DNA of 64,000 nucleotides from Acidobacteriota bacterium (GCA_965217775.1 CBDCJH010000002.1:5472001-5536000); one strand, 5' to 3'. Positions 19,792-28,970 are shown, numbered from the stretch's first letter. Made by a program: numbers and translations. Notes: generated by a model not told the origin, from the letters alone.

Positions 19792-20100
19792 ATGCCCGGA
19801 CGGGGGAGAGTCAAGACCCGCATCAAGCGACAAGCCAAAATCGGGGCCAACGTGGGATACGAAGGCGAGTTCTGGAAGATGGCCGATGCCCTGCGCGGCA
19901 GCATGGACGCGGCCGAATACAAGCATGTCGTTCTCGGCCTCATCTTCCTGAAATACATCTCCGACGCGTTCGAGGACAAGATGGAGCGGCTCGTGGCGCA
20001 CCTGCGCGAGCAGCAGGCTGAAGCCGCGCGGCTGGATGCGGCCATCGAGGCCACCCTGAAGGCGTTGGGCTTGCCGCTCGAGGAGAGCGCGATTGATTGA
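19792..20100 (+). pseudogene. hsdM: Type I R-M methyltransferase remnant: N-terminus fused in frame to C-terminus
   Basis: [32 protein letters not shown] joined directly to [32 protein letters not shown]; no FxGxG or NPPF motifs. Confidence 0.85.
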
Positions 20101-20509
20101 TTACGACAATTTCCGGATGTCGCTCAAACGCTTGGAAGAGCAGCACGAGAATTACCACACAGTCAACCCGTCCCTGCCTTATTTGATCCAGGAAGCCGTC
20201 GCTGAATCGGTCATTCGGCGTTTCAAGACCTGCTACGACTGTTTGTGGAAGGTACTGAAGCGATACCTGATTTATGAGCTGGGCATCGCGGATGCTCCCA
20301 ACAGTCCCAAACCCATCTTCAGATTGGCAAATGAGAACAATCTCTTCGCCGTATCGATTGAAGTCTGGCTGCGATATGCCGACGCTCGTCTCGATACCAC
20401 CCACGATTACGACGGAGAGAAAGCGAAAGCGGGCCTGGCCATCATGCCAGACTTCATCGACGATGCTATCGGACTTTACCAAGCCATGAGCGGGTCCGAA
20501 TCGGAGTGA
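20093..20509 (+). CDS. HI0074-family nucleotidyltransferase substrate-binding (HEPN) protein
   Basis: [25 protein letters not shown], Rx4HxY motif RLDTTHDY. Confidence 0.85.
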   Translation: MIDYDNFRMSLKRLEEQHENYHTVNPSLPYLIQEAVAESVIRRFKTCYDCLWKVLKRYLIYELGIADAPNSPKPIFRLANENNLFAVSIEVWLRYADARLDTTHDYDGEKAKAGLAIMPDFIDDAIGLYQAMSGSESE

Positions 20510-21312
20510 ATCAGGCTATCGACATCACCGCCGAAGAGCGCATGATCGGAGAAGTGCAGTCATTGTTGAATCAGTATTGGACCTGGTTGCGGGAACAGAC
20601 CCGCCTTCGCGAAATCGACGAGTGGATTGAGATCACGACACCGTACTTGGACCGGCACAACGATTATCTTCAGATCTACGTCAAACGGTCCGACGGGGGA
20701 TTCGTGCTGACCGACGACGGCTATGTGCTTGAGGACCTCGATCAGTCGGGGTGCAAGATCGACAGCGACAAGCGGCAAGCTCTGCTCAAGATGACGCTCA
20801 ACGGATTCGGTATACAGATACAAGCGAATGGGAAGGCGCTTGAAGTCGGCGCATCAACGGACAATTTCTCGCTGCGAAAACATAACCTCGTGCAGGCGAT
20901 GCTTGCGGTCAACGATCTCTTCTACTTGGCTTCGCCTGTGATCGCCAGCTTGTTCCATGAAGACGTGGCCGCTTGGCTTGATGGCTCGAATATACGATAT
21001 ACGCCGAGCGTGAAGTTCTCCGGAAAAAGCGGTTACGATCATCGGTTCGATTTCGTCATACCGAAGTCGACGAATCAGCCTGAGCGCGTGCTCCGGGCAA
21101 TCAACAGACCGAGCCGCAACACGGCACAGAGGGCCGTGTTTTCTTGGATCGACACCAAAGAGGTTCGTTCACCGGACTCCCGGGCGTTTGCCATTCTGAA
21201 CGACTCGGAGCAGTCGATATCGGAGAACATACTGGAGTCGATGCGCCAGTACGATGTCAATCCGATCCTGTGGTCGAATCGAAAGGACGTACGTGAGGAA
21301 CTCGCCGCGTGA
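20506..21312 (+). CDS. DUF1828/DUF1829 domain protein with a 12-aa foreign N-terminal stub (own ATG at 20542)
   Basis: [53 protein letters not shown]. Confidence 0.85.
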   Translation: MNQAIDITAEERMIGEVQSLLNQYWTWLREQTRLREIDEWIEITTPYLDRHNDYLQIYVKRSDGGFVLTDDGYVLEDLDQSGCKIDSDKRQALLKMTLNGFGIQIQANGKALEVGASTDNFSLRKHNLVQAMLAVNDLFYLASPVIASLFHEDVAAWLDGSNIRYTPSVKFSGKSGYDHRFDFVIPKSTNQPERVLRAINRPSRNTAQRAVFSWIDTKEVRSPDSRAFAILNDSEQSISENILESMRQYDVNPILWSNRKDVREELAA

Positions 21313-21783
21313 CGTCCCTTTCCGAATCCACGGTCGAGAGCGCGGCACTCCCTTGGCTCCAAGAAACTCGGCGGCAAACTTGGGGACCGGCGTGTCGGCG
21401 TGGTCTGGCACACTCAGGGCTCGGGCAAGAGCCTGACCATGGCCTTCTATGCCGGGGCCATCATCCGCGAGCCGGCCGCACGCGGAGAGGGACTCGGGCT
21501 GTCGAAAGACGAGCTGGCATTCTACGACGCCCTCGAGACCAACGACAGCGCGTTACAGGTTCTGAGTGACGAGACCCTGCGCACCATCGCCCGCGAGCTG
21601 TTCCGGACCGTCCGCAACAACGTCACCATCGACTGGACACTCCGAGAGAACGTTCGGGCGCATCTGCGCGTCCTGGTCAAGCGCACTTTGCACCGTAATG
21701 GCTACCCCCCCGACAAGCAGGAAAAAGCGACCCGGACCGTCCTGGAGCAGGCCGAGACCCTGTCCGCGGGCTGGGCAGCGTGA
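21309..21783 (+). pseudogene. hsdR: Type I R-M restriction subunit remnant in three pieces
   Basis: N-terminal [13 protein letters not shown], frameshift, then [25 protein letters not shown] (Walker A) joined to the DUF3387-like tail [12 protein letters not shown]...[16 protein letters not shown]. Confidence 0.88.
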
Positions 21784-21897
21784 GCCGTTGTCGACGGTAG
21801 CCTGTCTTCAAAGTGAACCAGGTTCGGAATCTGTGCTGCCCGTTGGTTGGCTTGAGACTTCTGTAATCGATGGGTAGTGTCGGAGCATCGTTTCCAA

Positions 21898-21939
21898 TTA
21901 CTCAATACGAAGAGTAAAATCACTCATTGTGCTGAGTAA
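21898..21939. promoter_or_regulatory. Tandem palindromic operator-like sites at the ATPase start
   Basis: TTACTC-N8-GAGTAA (21898) and TCACTC-N8-GAGTAA (21920), 22 bp apart. Confidence 0.55.
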
Positions 21940-23140
21940 TCCGGGATACACTCGTCCTCACGGCGCAGAATTGCAATCTCGTCTGCGCGAGCCGCGCCGT
22001 TTCCTCCAAATCGTCACCGGGGCCCGTCAGGTTGGCAAGACCACCCTGGTCACACAGGTCGCCGAACGGTGCGGTTTACTCCATCACTACGCCAGCGCCG
22101 ACGAGCCGACCTTGCGCGGACCGGATTGGATCGCCGGACAGTGGGACGTTGCGCGGCTCATGGCCGGTGGTGCCGGGCCCGAGGGTGCTCTTCTCGTCTT
22201 GGATGAAGTGCAAAAGGTCCCCAACTGGGCTGAAGCCGTCAAACGCCTGTGGGACGAAGACACGCGGAGCGGGCGTCGGCTCAAGGTGGTGCTGACCGGT
22301 TCGGCACCGCTCCTGATCGGCCAGGGCCTGACCGAAAGTCTCGCCGGGCGTCTCGAGATCCTGCACCTGCCGCACTGGGGATTTCCCGAAATGCAGACCG
22401 CCTTCGGATGGTCCCTGGAGGAATTCCTGTTCTACGGAGCCTACCCCGGCGCTGCTCCGCTGATCACGCAGCCGAATCGGTGGTCACGCTACATTCGTGA
22501 CTCCCTCATCGAAACCACGATCTCCCGAGATGTCTTGTTGCTCTCCCGGGTGGACAAACCGGCCCTGTTGCGCCGGTTGTTCGAATTGGGATGTGCGTAT
22601 TCCGGCCAGATCCTTTCCTACACGAAGATGTTGGGACAGCTCCAAGACGCAGGGAACACCACGACCCTGTCCCACTACCTTGATCTGCTGGCGGCTGCGG
22701 GCATGCTGACCGGTTTGCAGAAGTACGCTGGCGCTGCTGTGCGACGAAGAAGCTCCAGCCCGAAGTTGCAGATCCTCAACATGGCCCTGATGACTTCGGG
22801 GTGCGGCCTCACGCTGGAGCAGGCCCGAGCGGACACCGAGTTTTGGGGAAGGCTGGTCGAATCTGCCGTGGGGGCTCATCTGGCCAACGCGGCGGCTGCC
22901 GGCTTCTGCCAGGTCTTCTACTGGCGAGACCGCAACCGAGAGGTCGATTTCGTTGTGAGAGCGGGCCGGGCGCTGACGGCGATTGAAGTCAAGAGCAGCC
23001 GCAGTCGCCAGTCACTGCCGGGAATGGCAGCCTTCGCCAAAGCATTTCAGCCGACCCGACGCTTGTTGATCGGATGGGATGGCATTTCTGTGGACGAATT
23101 CCTGTCCAGGCCCGTGGAACATTGGGCGGTTCCGAAATGA
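21929..23140 (+). CDS. AAA_14 ATPase with C-terminal DUF4143 domain
   Basis: GARQVGKTT Walker A, LDEVQ Walker B, LTGS, ESLAGR, YGAYP, YWRDRNREVDFV...AIEVKS. Confidence 0.92.
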   Translation: MLSNPGYTRPHGAELQSRLREPRRFLQIVTGARQVGKTTLVTQVAERCGLLHHYASADEPTLRGPDWIAGQWDVARLMAGGAGPEGALLVLDEVQKVPNWAEAVKRLWDEDTRSGRRLKVVLTGSAPLLIGQGLTESLAGRLEILHLPHWGFPEMQTAFGWSLEEFLFYGAYPGAAPLITQPNRWSRYIRDSLIETTISRDVLLLSRVDKPALLRRLFELGCAYSGQILSYTKMLGQLQDAGNTTTLSHYLDLLAAAGMLTGLQKYAGAAVRRRSSSPKLQILNMALMTSGCGLTLEQARADTEFWGRLVESAVGAHLANAAAAGFCQVFYWRDRNREVDFVVRAGRALTAIEVKSSRSRQSLPGMAAFAKAFQPTRRLLIGWDGISVDEFLSRPVEHWAVPK

Positions 23141-23162
23141 CGTTAGTGTCCAATATGATCAT
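23130..23162 (-). pseudogene. vapC: VapC/FitB PIN toxin remnant (first 11 codons only)
   Basis: ATG ATC ATA TTG GAC ACT AAC GTC ATT TCG GAA = MIILDTNVISE, overlapping the antitoxin 3' end, then running into the antisense of the ATPase gene. Confidence 0.75.
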
Positions 23163-23418
23163 CGCTGACTTCTCGGTCGAAGCGCGGTGGCTCTCTCATG
23201 GGCTCCCGCGGTGGGATGTCAAGTTCCACACCACCGAATGGTTTGAACAGTTGGTGGATCGCCGTCCCAAGATTCTTTGCTTGGCTCGATTCAGTGGTCA
23301 GCGCTGCGCGTAAGATGTTTCGCGCTTCTTCTTCCATCGAACAGCCGTGCTCGGCGGCCCGCACGCGCAGGCGTCACTTCAGTCCATCGTCGAGTTTGCG
23401 GATCGTGATGCTGGCCAT
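23143..23418 (-). pseudogene. FitA-like ribbon-helix-helix antitoxin with in-frame TGA at codon 15
   Basis: MASITIRKLDDGLK*RLRVRAAEHGCSMEEEARNILRAAL...FGGVELDIPPREPMREPPRF; TGA at 23374-23376. Confidence 0.85.
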
Positions 23419-23455
23419 AGGTTCGACTCCAAAAAAGGAACGATTCGGAAGGATG

Positions 23456-23478
23456 TCATGATGGCATTGCAATCATGA
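23456..23478. promoter_or_regulatory. Palindromic RHH operator candidate for the FitA/VapC pair
   Basis: TCATGATGGCATTGCAATCATGA, with half-sites resembling the FitA site TGCTATCA/TGATAGCA. Confidence 0.5.
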
Positions 23479-23562
23479 TACGACTATCGGCCGTCGCTCG
23501 CCGATCCGCGGTGTGGTTGATTCAAGGACTCTTGAACGCAGGCGGCGCATGTACGGCCACGG

Positions 23563-23589
23563 AGGGCACCCACACAGGGGTGCCCCTAC
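23563..23589 (-). repeat. GTAG-type REP-like palindrome
   Basis: Minus strand reads GTAGGGGCACCCCTGTGTGGGTGCCCT. Confidence 0.72.
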
Positions 23590-23679
23590 GGTTGCTTTCG
23601 ATCGCTGGACGGTCGAAGGAGACCACACAGGCCGGCAGATGAACGGGCGGACCCGGATCGACGATTCCTCGACTCCAGC

Positions 23680-26460
23680 CTAGAAACTGCTCCCCCACGT
23701 GTAGTTGAGGCGGGCGTAGTAGTAGCCGCCGCTCAGGCCCCAGGGGGTGAACTGGCTGTAGGGGAGTCCGAAAATATCGGCGAAGAGGTCCATCCGCTGG
23801 GAGAAGGTGTTCAGGACGTTCTGGCCGCCGAACGCCAGCGTCACTTTTTCTCCCAACCTGATGCTCGCTTCCAGGTCGACGATGTAGCGGCCTTCCAGAA
23901 GGGGTGAGTCGGCGCCGCGGACGAACCGGGCGTCGAAATGGTCGACCCATGAGCCGAAGTAGTTCAACCGTCCCAGCAGGCCGACCCGGCCCACCCTCTG
24001 GTTGACGGCGGCGTTCCAGCGGATCCGGGGTACGCCGCGCTGCAGGCCGAGGACGTCTCCCGGGGTGAGTAGATCCGACTCTTCCGTCAGTTCCGTGTGG
24101 GTGTAGTTCATGGCGAAACTGAACACCGTGTTGCCGGCCAGCCCGGATGGGGTGTAGGTCGAGACCAGGTCGATTCCCTGGTTCCGGCTCGAGAAGTCGT
24201 TGATGAAGAACCGGAAGAAGGCCAGCGTGCCGGCGGAGGCGATTCCTTCCGAGATCAGCAGCGCGCGTTCGTCGTCCGTGAGGGTGAACGTCTGCGACAG
24301 GGCGAGGCGGTTGGAGAGGTCGACGCGGAAATAGTCGGCCGTCAGCGTGAACGGTCCGGTGTCGATCACCAGCCCGGCCGTGGTGTTGACGGAGGTCTCG
24401 GGCTCCAGTGGCTTGCCCCCCTTCAACTCCGCCGCCAGGAAGGTGGAGGGGACGTTGGCGCTGTCGACGAGTTGGAGTGTCTCCGGGTCGATGGTGGTCT
24501 GCACGTTGAGCGTGTTCTGCTGGCCGGGCGTCGGGGCGCGAAACCCGGTGCTGACCCCGCCCCGCACCGAGACCGTGTCGCTCAGCCCGAAACGGGCCGA
24601 GAGCTTGCCGTTGGTGGTGGAGCCGAAGAGATCGAAGTGCTCGAAGCGGAGCGCGCCGCCCACCGTCCACCGGTCCCCCGGGTCCCGCAACTCCAGGTCG
24701 CCGTAGAGTGCGACGTTGCTGCGATCCCAGTCACCGGCCGTATAGTCGGGAAATCCGGGGAAGCCGTTGGACCCGGAAACGAAGCCCTGCGCCGCGTATG
24801 GGCCTACCTCCCACGACGGACGGCCGCCGGCTCCGATCTCGAACTTCTCGTTGCGCCATTCGGTGCCGGCCGCGATGTTGACCATGTCGGTGGCGGCATA
24901 GGAGACGTCGAAGTTGAGGTTCACGTCCTCCTGACGGTAGAGGCCCGGATCGAATTCCCGCGGGGTTTCGGATCCGAGCGACGCGTTGACGGTGTTCTTG
25001 AAGAAGAAGTCCGACTCGTGGGCGCCGTAGCTGGCGCTGGCGTCCCAGTTCAGGCCGTTGGCCAGGATCCCCCGGACCCCGCCCACCACGGACATGTCGG
25101 TGACCACGCCGCCGAACTGGGGTGTGAACCCGCCCGGGGCGATCTCCCGGAAGGAGAAGCAGTTCGGGTCCTCGAACACCCGCGCCAGGGCGGCCTGGTC
25201 CGGCACGTTGTCGGTGATCCGCACGGTGGGGCAGTTGGCCGAACCGTCGACGACGCCGTCTCGCGCGTCCAGAACGTCTGCGATCATCAGCGTCTCGCCG
25301 CCGTCGAGGCTGTAGATGTTGGCCCGGTTGTTGGGATTCCGGAAATAGAAACCTTCCGTCACCTTCTTCTCGGCGTAGTTGGTGTGGCCGTAGAGCTGTG
25401 TGCCATTGGAGAACAGGTGGCCGAAGTTGCCGAAGAACTTCACGTCGCCTTCGATGGTCGGGTTGCCCCAGATCTGTGCCGGGTCGGCCACGGCGGTGTT
25501 GCCGGCCGCGATCAGGGCCGCCGCGTCGGCGCGCTGCACGCTGCGGTTCGTCGGGTCGGAGTTGCCGTACTCCAGGCTGAGGTTGGCGAACCCGGTCTCG
25601 CCCAGCGGCAGCCCCACGTTGCCGGCGATGGTGTACGAATCACCGTCGCCCGCATGGTAGGTGCCGGTGTTGAACTCCACGCTGCCTCCCTGCCGGGCGT
25701 CCTTGAGCAGGAAGTTGATGACGCCGGCGATGGCGTCCGAGCCGTACTGGGCCGAAGCGCCGTCCCGCAGCACCTCCACCTGGCGCAACGCGATGGAGGG
25801 GATGGTGGAGATGTCCGGACCCTGGGCTCCGTCCGTCACTCCGGCGAACCAGGCGATGACCGACGAGCGGTGACGGCGCTTGCCGTTCACCAGCACCAGC
25901 GTATGGTCGTGGGCAAGGTTGCGCAGGCTGGCCGGCCGCACCAGCGTGGCCGCGTCACTGATGGGATGCGTGGCCACGTTGAACGAAGGGACCAGTGTCC
26001 GCAACTGATAGTCGAGGGTGGTGGCGCCCTGGCTGATGACGTCCTGCAACGGGATGGCGTCGATGGGGACCGGAGATTTGGTCACCGACCGCGGTTGGGC
26101 GCGGCTCCCCACCACCACCAGTTCCGTCTCCAGGCGCGCTTGGAGGGTGATGGTGACCATACCCTCCGATTGGTCCACGGAGCCTTCGTCGACCTGAAAA
26201 TTCTCGGCCGTCACGATGACCCAGTGGGGTCCGGATCCGAGGCCGCAAAAGGTGGCGACACCCGAGTTTCCGGTCCTCTCCTCCCGTTCCCCGATGGTGA
26301 CGGTGGCGCCCTGAATCGCCGCGGATGAAGGGTCCAGGACACGAACCTCAAGGCATTGTTCTTCCTGCTTGCCGGTTTGTTGAGCGAATGCCGGCAACGT
26401 TACGACCGTTACGAATAGAATCGTCAAACTGGCCAGATGGACGAGACGATTGGATTCCAT
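23680..26460 (-). CDS. TonB-dependent receptor, paralog of 11362-14247
   Basis: Shared CLEVRVLDPS N-domain, LVNGKRRH, EVLRDGASAQYGSDAIAGVINF; ATG at 26460 after GAGGAG; the ORF-track extension runs through the tRNA and is spurious. Confidence 0.92.
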   Translation of the reverse strand: MESNRLVHLASLTILFVTVVTLPAFAQQTGKQEEQCLEVRVLDPSSAAIQGATVTIGEREERTGNSGVATFCGLGSGPHWVIVTAENFQVDEGSVDQSEGMVTITLQARLETELVVVGSRAQPRSVTKSPVPIDAIPLQDVISQGATTLDYQLRTLVPSFNVATHPISDAATLVRPASLRNLAHDHTLVLVNGKRRHRSSVIAWFAGVTDGAQGPDISTIPSIALRQVEVLRDGASAQYGSDAIAGVINFLLKDARQGGSVEFNTGTYHAGDGDSYTIAGNVGLPLGETGFANLSLEYGNSDPTNRSVQRADAAALIAAGNTAVADPAQIWGNPTIEGDVKFFGNFGHLFSNGTQLYGHTNYAEKKVTEGFYFRNPNNRANIYSLDGGETLMIADVLDARDGVVDGSANCPTVRITDNVPDQAALARVFEDPNCFSFREIAPGGFTPQFGGVVTDMSVVGGVRGILANGLNWDASASYGAHESDFFFKNTVNASLGSETPREFDPGLYRQEDVNLNFDVSYAATDMVNIAAGTEWRNEKFEIGAGGRPSWEVGPYAAQGFVSGSNGFPGFPDYTAGDWDRSNVALYGDLELRDPGDRWTVGGALRFEHFDLFGSTTNGKLSARFGLSDTVSVRGGVSTGFRAPTPGQQNTLNVQTTIDPETLQLVDSANVPSTFLAAELKGGKPLEPETSVNTTAGLVIDTGPFTLTADYFRVDLSNRLALSQTFTLTDDERALLISEGIASAGTLAFFRFFINDFSSRNQGIDLVSTYTPSGLAGNTVFSFAMNYTHTELTEESDLLTPGDVLGLQRGVPRIRWNAAVNQRVGRVGLLGRLNYFGSWVDHFDARFVRGADSPLLEGRYIVDLEASIRLGEKVTLAFGGQNVLNTFSQRMDLFADIFGLPYSQFTPWGLSGGYYYARLNYTWGSSF

Positions 26461-26579
26461 CTTCAATTCTCCTCTCACTCCATGAGCATAGAACCTGAAT
26501 CTCCTACTTCGGTCGGAGAGCCGAAAAGGACGTGATTGTGGGTTGAAAAAAAACTGAATGGACGGGAGAGATGGGAATT

Positions 26580-26656
<77 letters not shown>

Positions 26657-26669
26657 ACAGAGACGAGAG

Positions 26670-26699
26670 ATCGTAGTTGAAGGCGGGAGAGTTTGTCAA
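26670..26699 (-). promoter_or_regulatory. Sigma70 promoter of tRNA-fMet
   Basis: TTGACA-N18-TACGAT, 13 nt upstream of the tRNA. Confidence 0.75.
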
Positions 26700-26737
26700 G
26701 CCCCCCGCTCACCTGGGTCATGGGACCGTCGCCTTGG

Positions 26738-27577
26738 TTATTGTTCTCCGGCGCCCTCCCCGGAAGCCTCTTCCTCAGCATCCTTGGCGCAACGGAAACC
26801 GGTCCCGTATTGGGCCTTGGCCGGGTATCCGCTACGGGTCATCAGCGTCATGCTGACCCCCTTGAAGGCGTAGGAGGAACCTCTCAGAGCGTAGAGCTTG
26901 TACCGGGATCTGAACGCGTCATTGTTGCGAGCCTTGCTCTTGGGGTATGGCCGGAGCCGGTCGCTGGTCCACTCCTGAACGTTGCCCATCATGTCATAGG
27001 CGCCGTAGCCGCTCTTGTCCGTCTCGAAAGTTCCGACGTCGACCGGGCGGTGGTAACTCGTGTCATTGGTATTGGACTTGCTCGGGTCGTAGGTATCGCC
27101 CCACGGGAAGGAGAGGTTCTCCGGTCCTCGGGCGGCCCGCTCCCACTCCGCCTCGGTGGGAAGGCGCCTCCCGGCCCACTCGCAGTAGGCCTTGGCGTCG
27201 TCCAGAGTCAGATTGGTGACCGGAACGTCCTCCTTCCCGATCGAGTACATGGGTCGCCAGTTGCTTTCGACCTTGGTGCCGCTCTCGGTCAGGAACCTGA
27301 TCCACTGGCCGTTGGTGACCTCATAGACGTCGATATGGTACGGCTTGTCCATGGTCACCTTGTGGGCCGGCGTTTCCAGACCCTGCGAATGCTTCGGGAC
27401 GTTGTCGGTTCCCATCATGAACTCCCCTGCCGGGATCAGCACCATGTCCCCCGGTTTGGGCTTGGGTGGGGGTAAGTCGACCGGAGCCGCAGGCTCCGGT
27501 GGGGGTGCCTCCGAGCAACTGAACTGGGCCAGTGACGCGATCAAGAGAGCGGCGGAGAACAGGATTCTGGGTGTCAT
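26738..27577 (-). CDS. FGE-sulfatase (SUMF1/EgtB/PvdO-fold) lipoprotein
   Basis: IPAGEFMMG, YEVTN, RLPTEAEWE.AARG, DMMGNVQEW, GFRC; lipobox-like FSC; no catalytic CxxxxC. Confidence 0.88.
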   Translation of the reverse strand: MTPRILFSAALLIASLAQFSCSEAPPPEPAAPVDLPPPKPKPGDMVLIPAGEFMMGTDNVPKHSQGLETPAHKVTMDKPYHIDVYEVTNGQWIRFLTESGTKVESNWRPMYSIGKEDVPVTNLTLDDAKAYCEWAGRRLPTEAEWERAARGPENLSFPWGDTYDPSKSNTNDTSYHRPVDVGTFETDKSGYGAYDMMGNVQEWTSDRLRPYPKSKARNNDAFRSRYKLYALRGSSYAFKGVSMTLMTRSGYPAKAQYGTGFRCAKDAEEEASGEGAGEQ

Positions 27578-27647
27578 GGTGACCCATTTATAACACCCGC
27601 TTCGACGATAAGAAAGTTGCCGGCCAGCGAATCATCGGCACCGTCGG

Positions 27648-28970
27648 CTACGTGCCATAGGTCTTCCGAACCCACGACAGAGCCTCTTCCCGCGCGGTCA
27701 GAATCCCCTCCAGTTGGAGGTCTTCGGCTTGCTGGAGGATCTCCGAAAAAATGGGCCCCGGCGTCAGGCCCAGCGCGATCAGATCGTGCCCGTTGATGAG
27801 CGGAGGAGGGGTCAGGGCCTCCTGATCCAGTTCGCACAGTTTCTGCATGCAGAAGCAGTAGTTGGAAAGATCTCCGTGACTGGCCAGACAGTCCAGGCGA
27901 TGCAGCTCCAGGTGTTCGTCGAATCCTTCCGTTCGAAGCAAGCGCCGGAGCGTGCTCTCCCGCATCTGCCGGACGTGCATGAAGCGGAGATGGTCCTTGA
28001 CCAGACGGACCACCTGCTGAATCTGCGCACCCGAGAGCTTGAGCCGGCGGCAGGTATCTTCGGCCATCCGGGCCCCCAGTTCGGCATGCCCGTCGAATCG
28101 GATCCGCTCCCCGAAAGCAAAGGTGTCAGGCTTGCCCACGTCGTGAAGCAACACTCCCAGGGCCAGGGTCGGGCTCAGGTTTCGAGCCAGGGAGAACATG
28201 AGCCGCGTGTGCTGGAAAACGTCCCCTTCCGGATGAAACGCCGGCGGCTGCATCACGCCGTGCAGGGCGAAGACCTCCGGCAGGACGGCCTCCAGTACGC
28301 CCGAGTCCGACAACAGCGACAGGCCCCGCGCCGGCGCTGGACCGCCCAGAATTTTCAGGATCTCGTCCCGGATTCTCTCCCAACTGAGCTGGAAGAGCTC
28401 ATGAGCAAAGAGAGTCACGCCGTCGTAGGTGGGATCGTCGATTCGGAAGCCGAGCTGGCAGGCGAACCGGATCGCCCTGAGCACCCGGAGCTTGTCCTCT
28501 CCGAACGTCAGCCGGGGATCCCGGACGGTCCGGATCAGCTCCCGGTCCAGGTCCTGCCGTCCCTCGGTGAAGTCGATGATGTTCTCGGTGACCGGGTCCA
28601 GGAAGAGAGCATTGACGGTGAAGTCCCTCCGCAACGCGTCCTGCCGCGCGTCGGTGAACCGGACCCTTCCCGGATGTCTTCCGTCCGTGTAGCCGGACTC
28701 GGACCGAAAGGTGGCGATCTCATAGTTGTTGCCTCCGACCACGGCCACCACGACGCCGAAATCGCGTCCCACTCCGATGGTGCGAGGAAAGAGTCTCTCC
28801 ACGACGTCGGGAGCAGCCGCCGTTGCGATGTCGATCTCGGTAACGCGGTGGTTCAGGAGAAGGTCCCGGACGGCGCCTCCGGCGAAATAGACCTGAAAGC
28901 CTTCCGCCGCCAGAACCTTGCTGATGTGGAGAGCACCCTCCAGAAGGCGTGCCTCGATTCGTTCCAGCAC
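27648..28970 (-). CDS. cca: CCA tRNA nucleotidyltransferase/poly(A) polymerase family with HD domain
   Basis: GGAVRD, EIATFR, DALRRDFTVNA, EDKLRVLRAIRF, ERIRDE, HPEGDVF.H, LLHDVGK. Confidence 0.88.
   Translation of the reverse strand: MLERIEARLLEGALHISKVLAAEGFQVYFAGGAVRDLLLNHRVTEIDIATAAAPDVVERLFPRTIGVGRDFGVVVAVVGGNNYEIATFRSESGYTDGRHPGRVRFTDARQDALRRDFTVNALFLDPVTENIIDFTEGRQDLDRELIRTVRDPRLTFGEDKLRVLRAIRFACQLGFRIDDPTYDGVTLFAHELFQLSWERIRDEILKILGGPAPARGLSLLSDSGVLEAVLPEVFALHGVMQPPAFHPEGDVFQHTRLMFSLARNLSPTLALGVLLHDVGKPDTFAFGERIRFDGHAELGARMAEDTCRRLKLSGAQIQQVVRLVKDHLRFMHVRQMRESTLRRLLRTEGFDEHLELHRLDCLASHGDLSNYCFCMQKLCELDQEALTPPPLINGHDLIALGLTPGPIFSEILQQAEDLQLEGILTAREEALSWVRKTYGT

Noticed and set aside
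23374-23376. In-frame TGA as selenocysteine or recoding
   Set aside because: The position corresponds to a basic residue in an RHH helix, not Cys; the partner toxin is deleted; TGA is a normal stop elsewhere in the window
26738-27577. FGE-fold gene as a DGR target or true formylglycine-generating enzyme
   Set aside because: No reverse transcriptase or template repeat seen in the window; catalytic Cys pair absent
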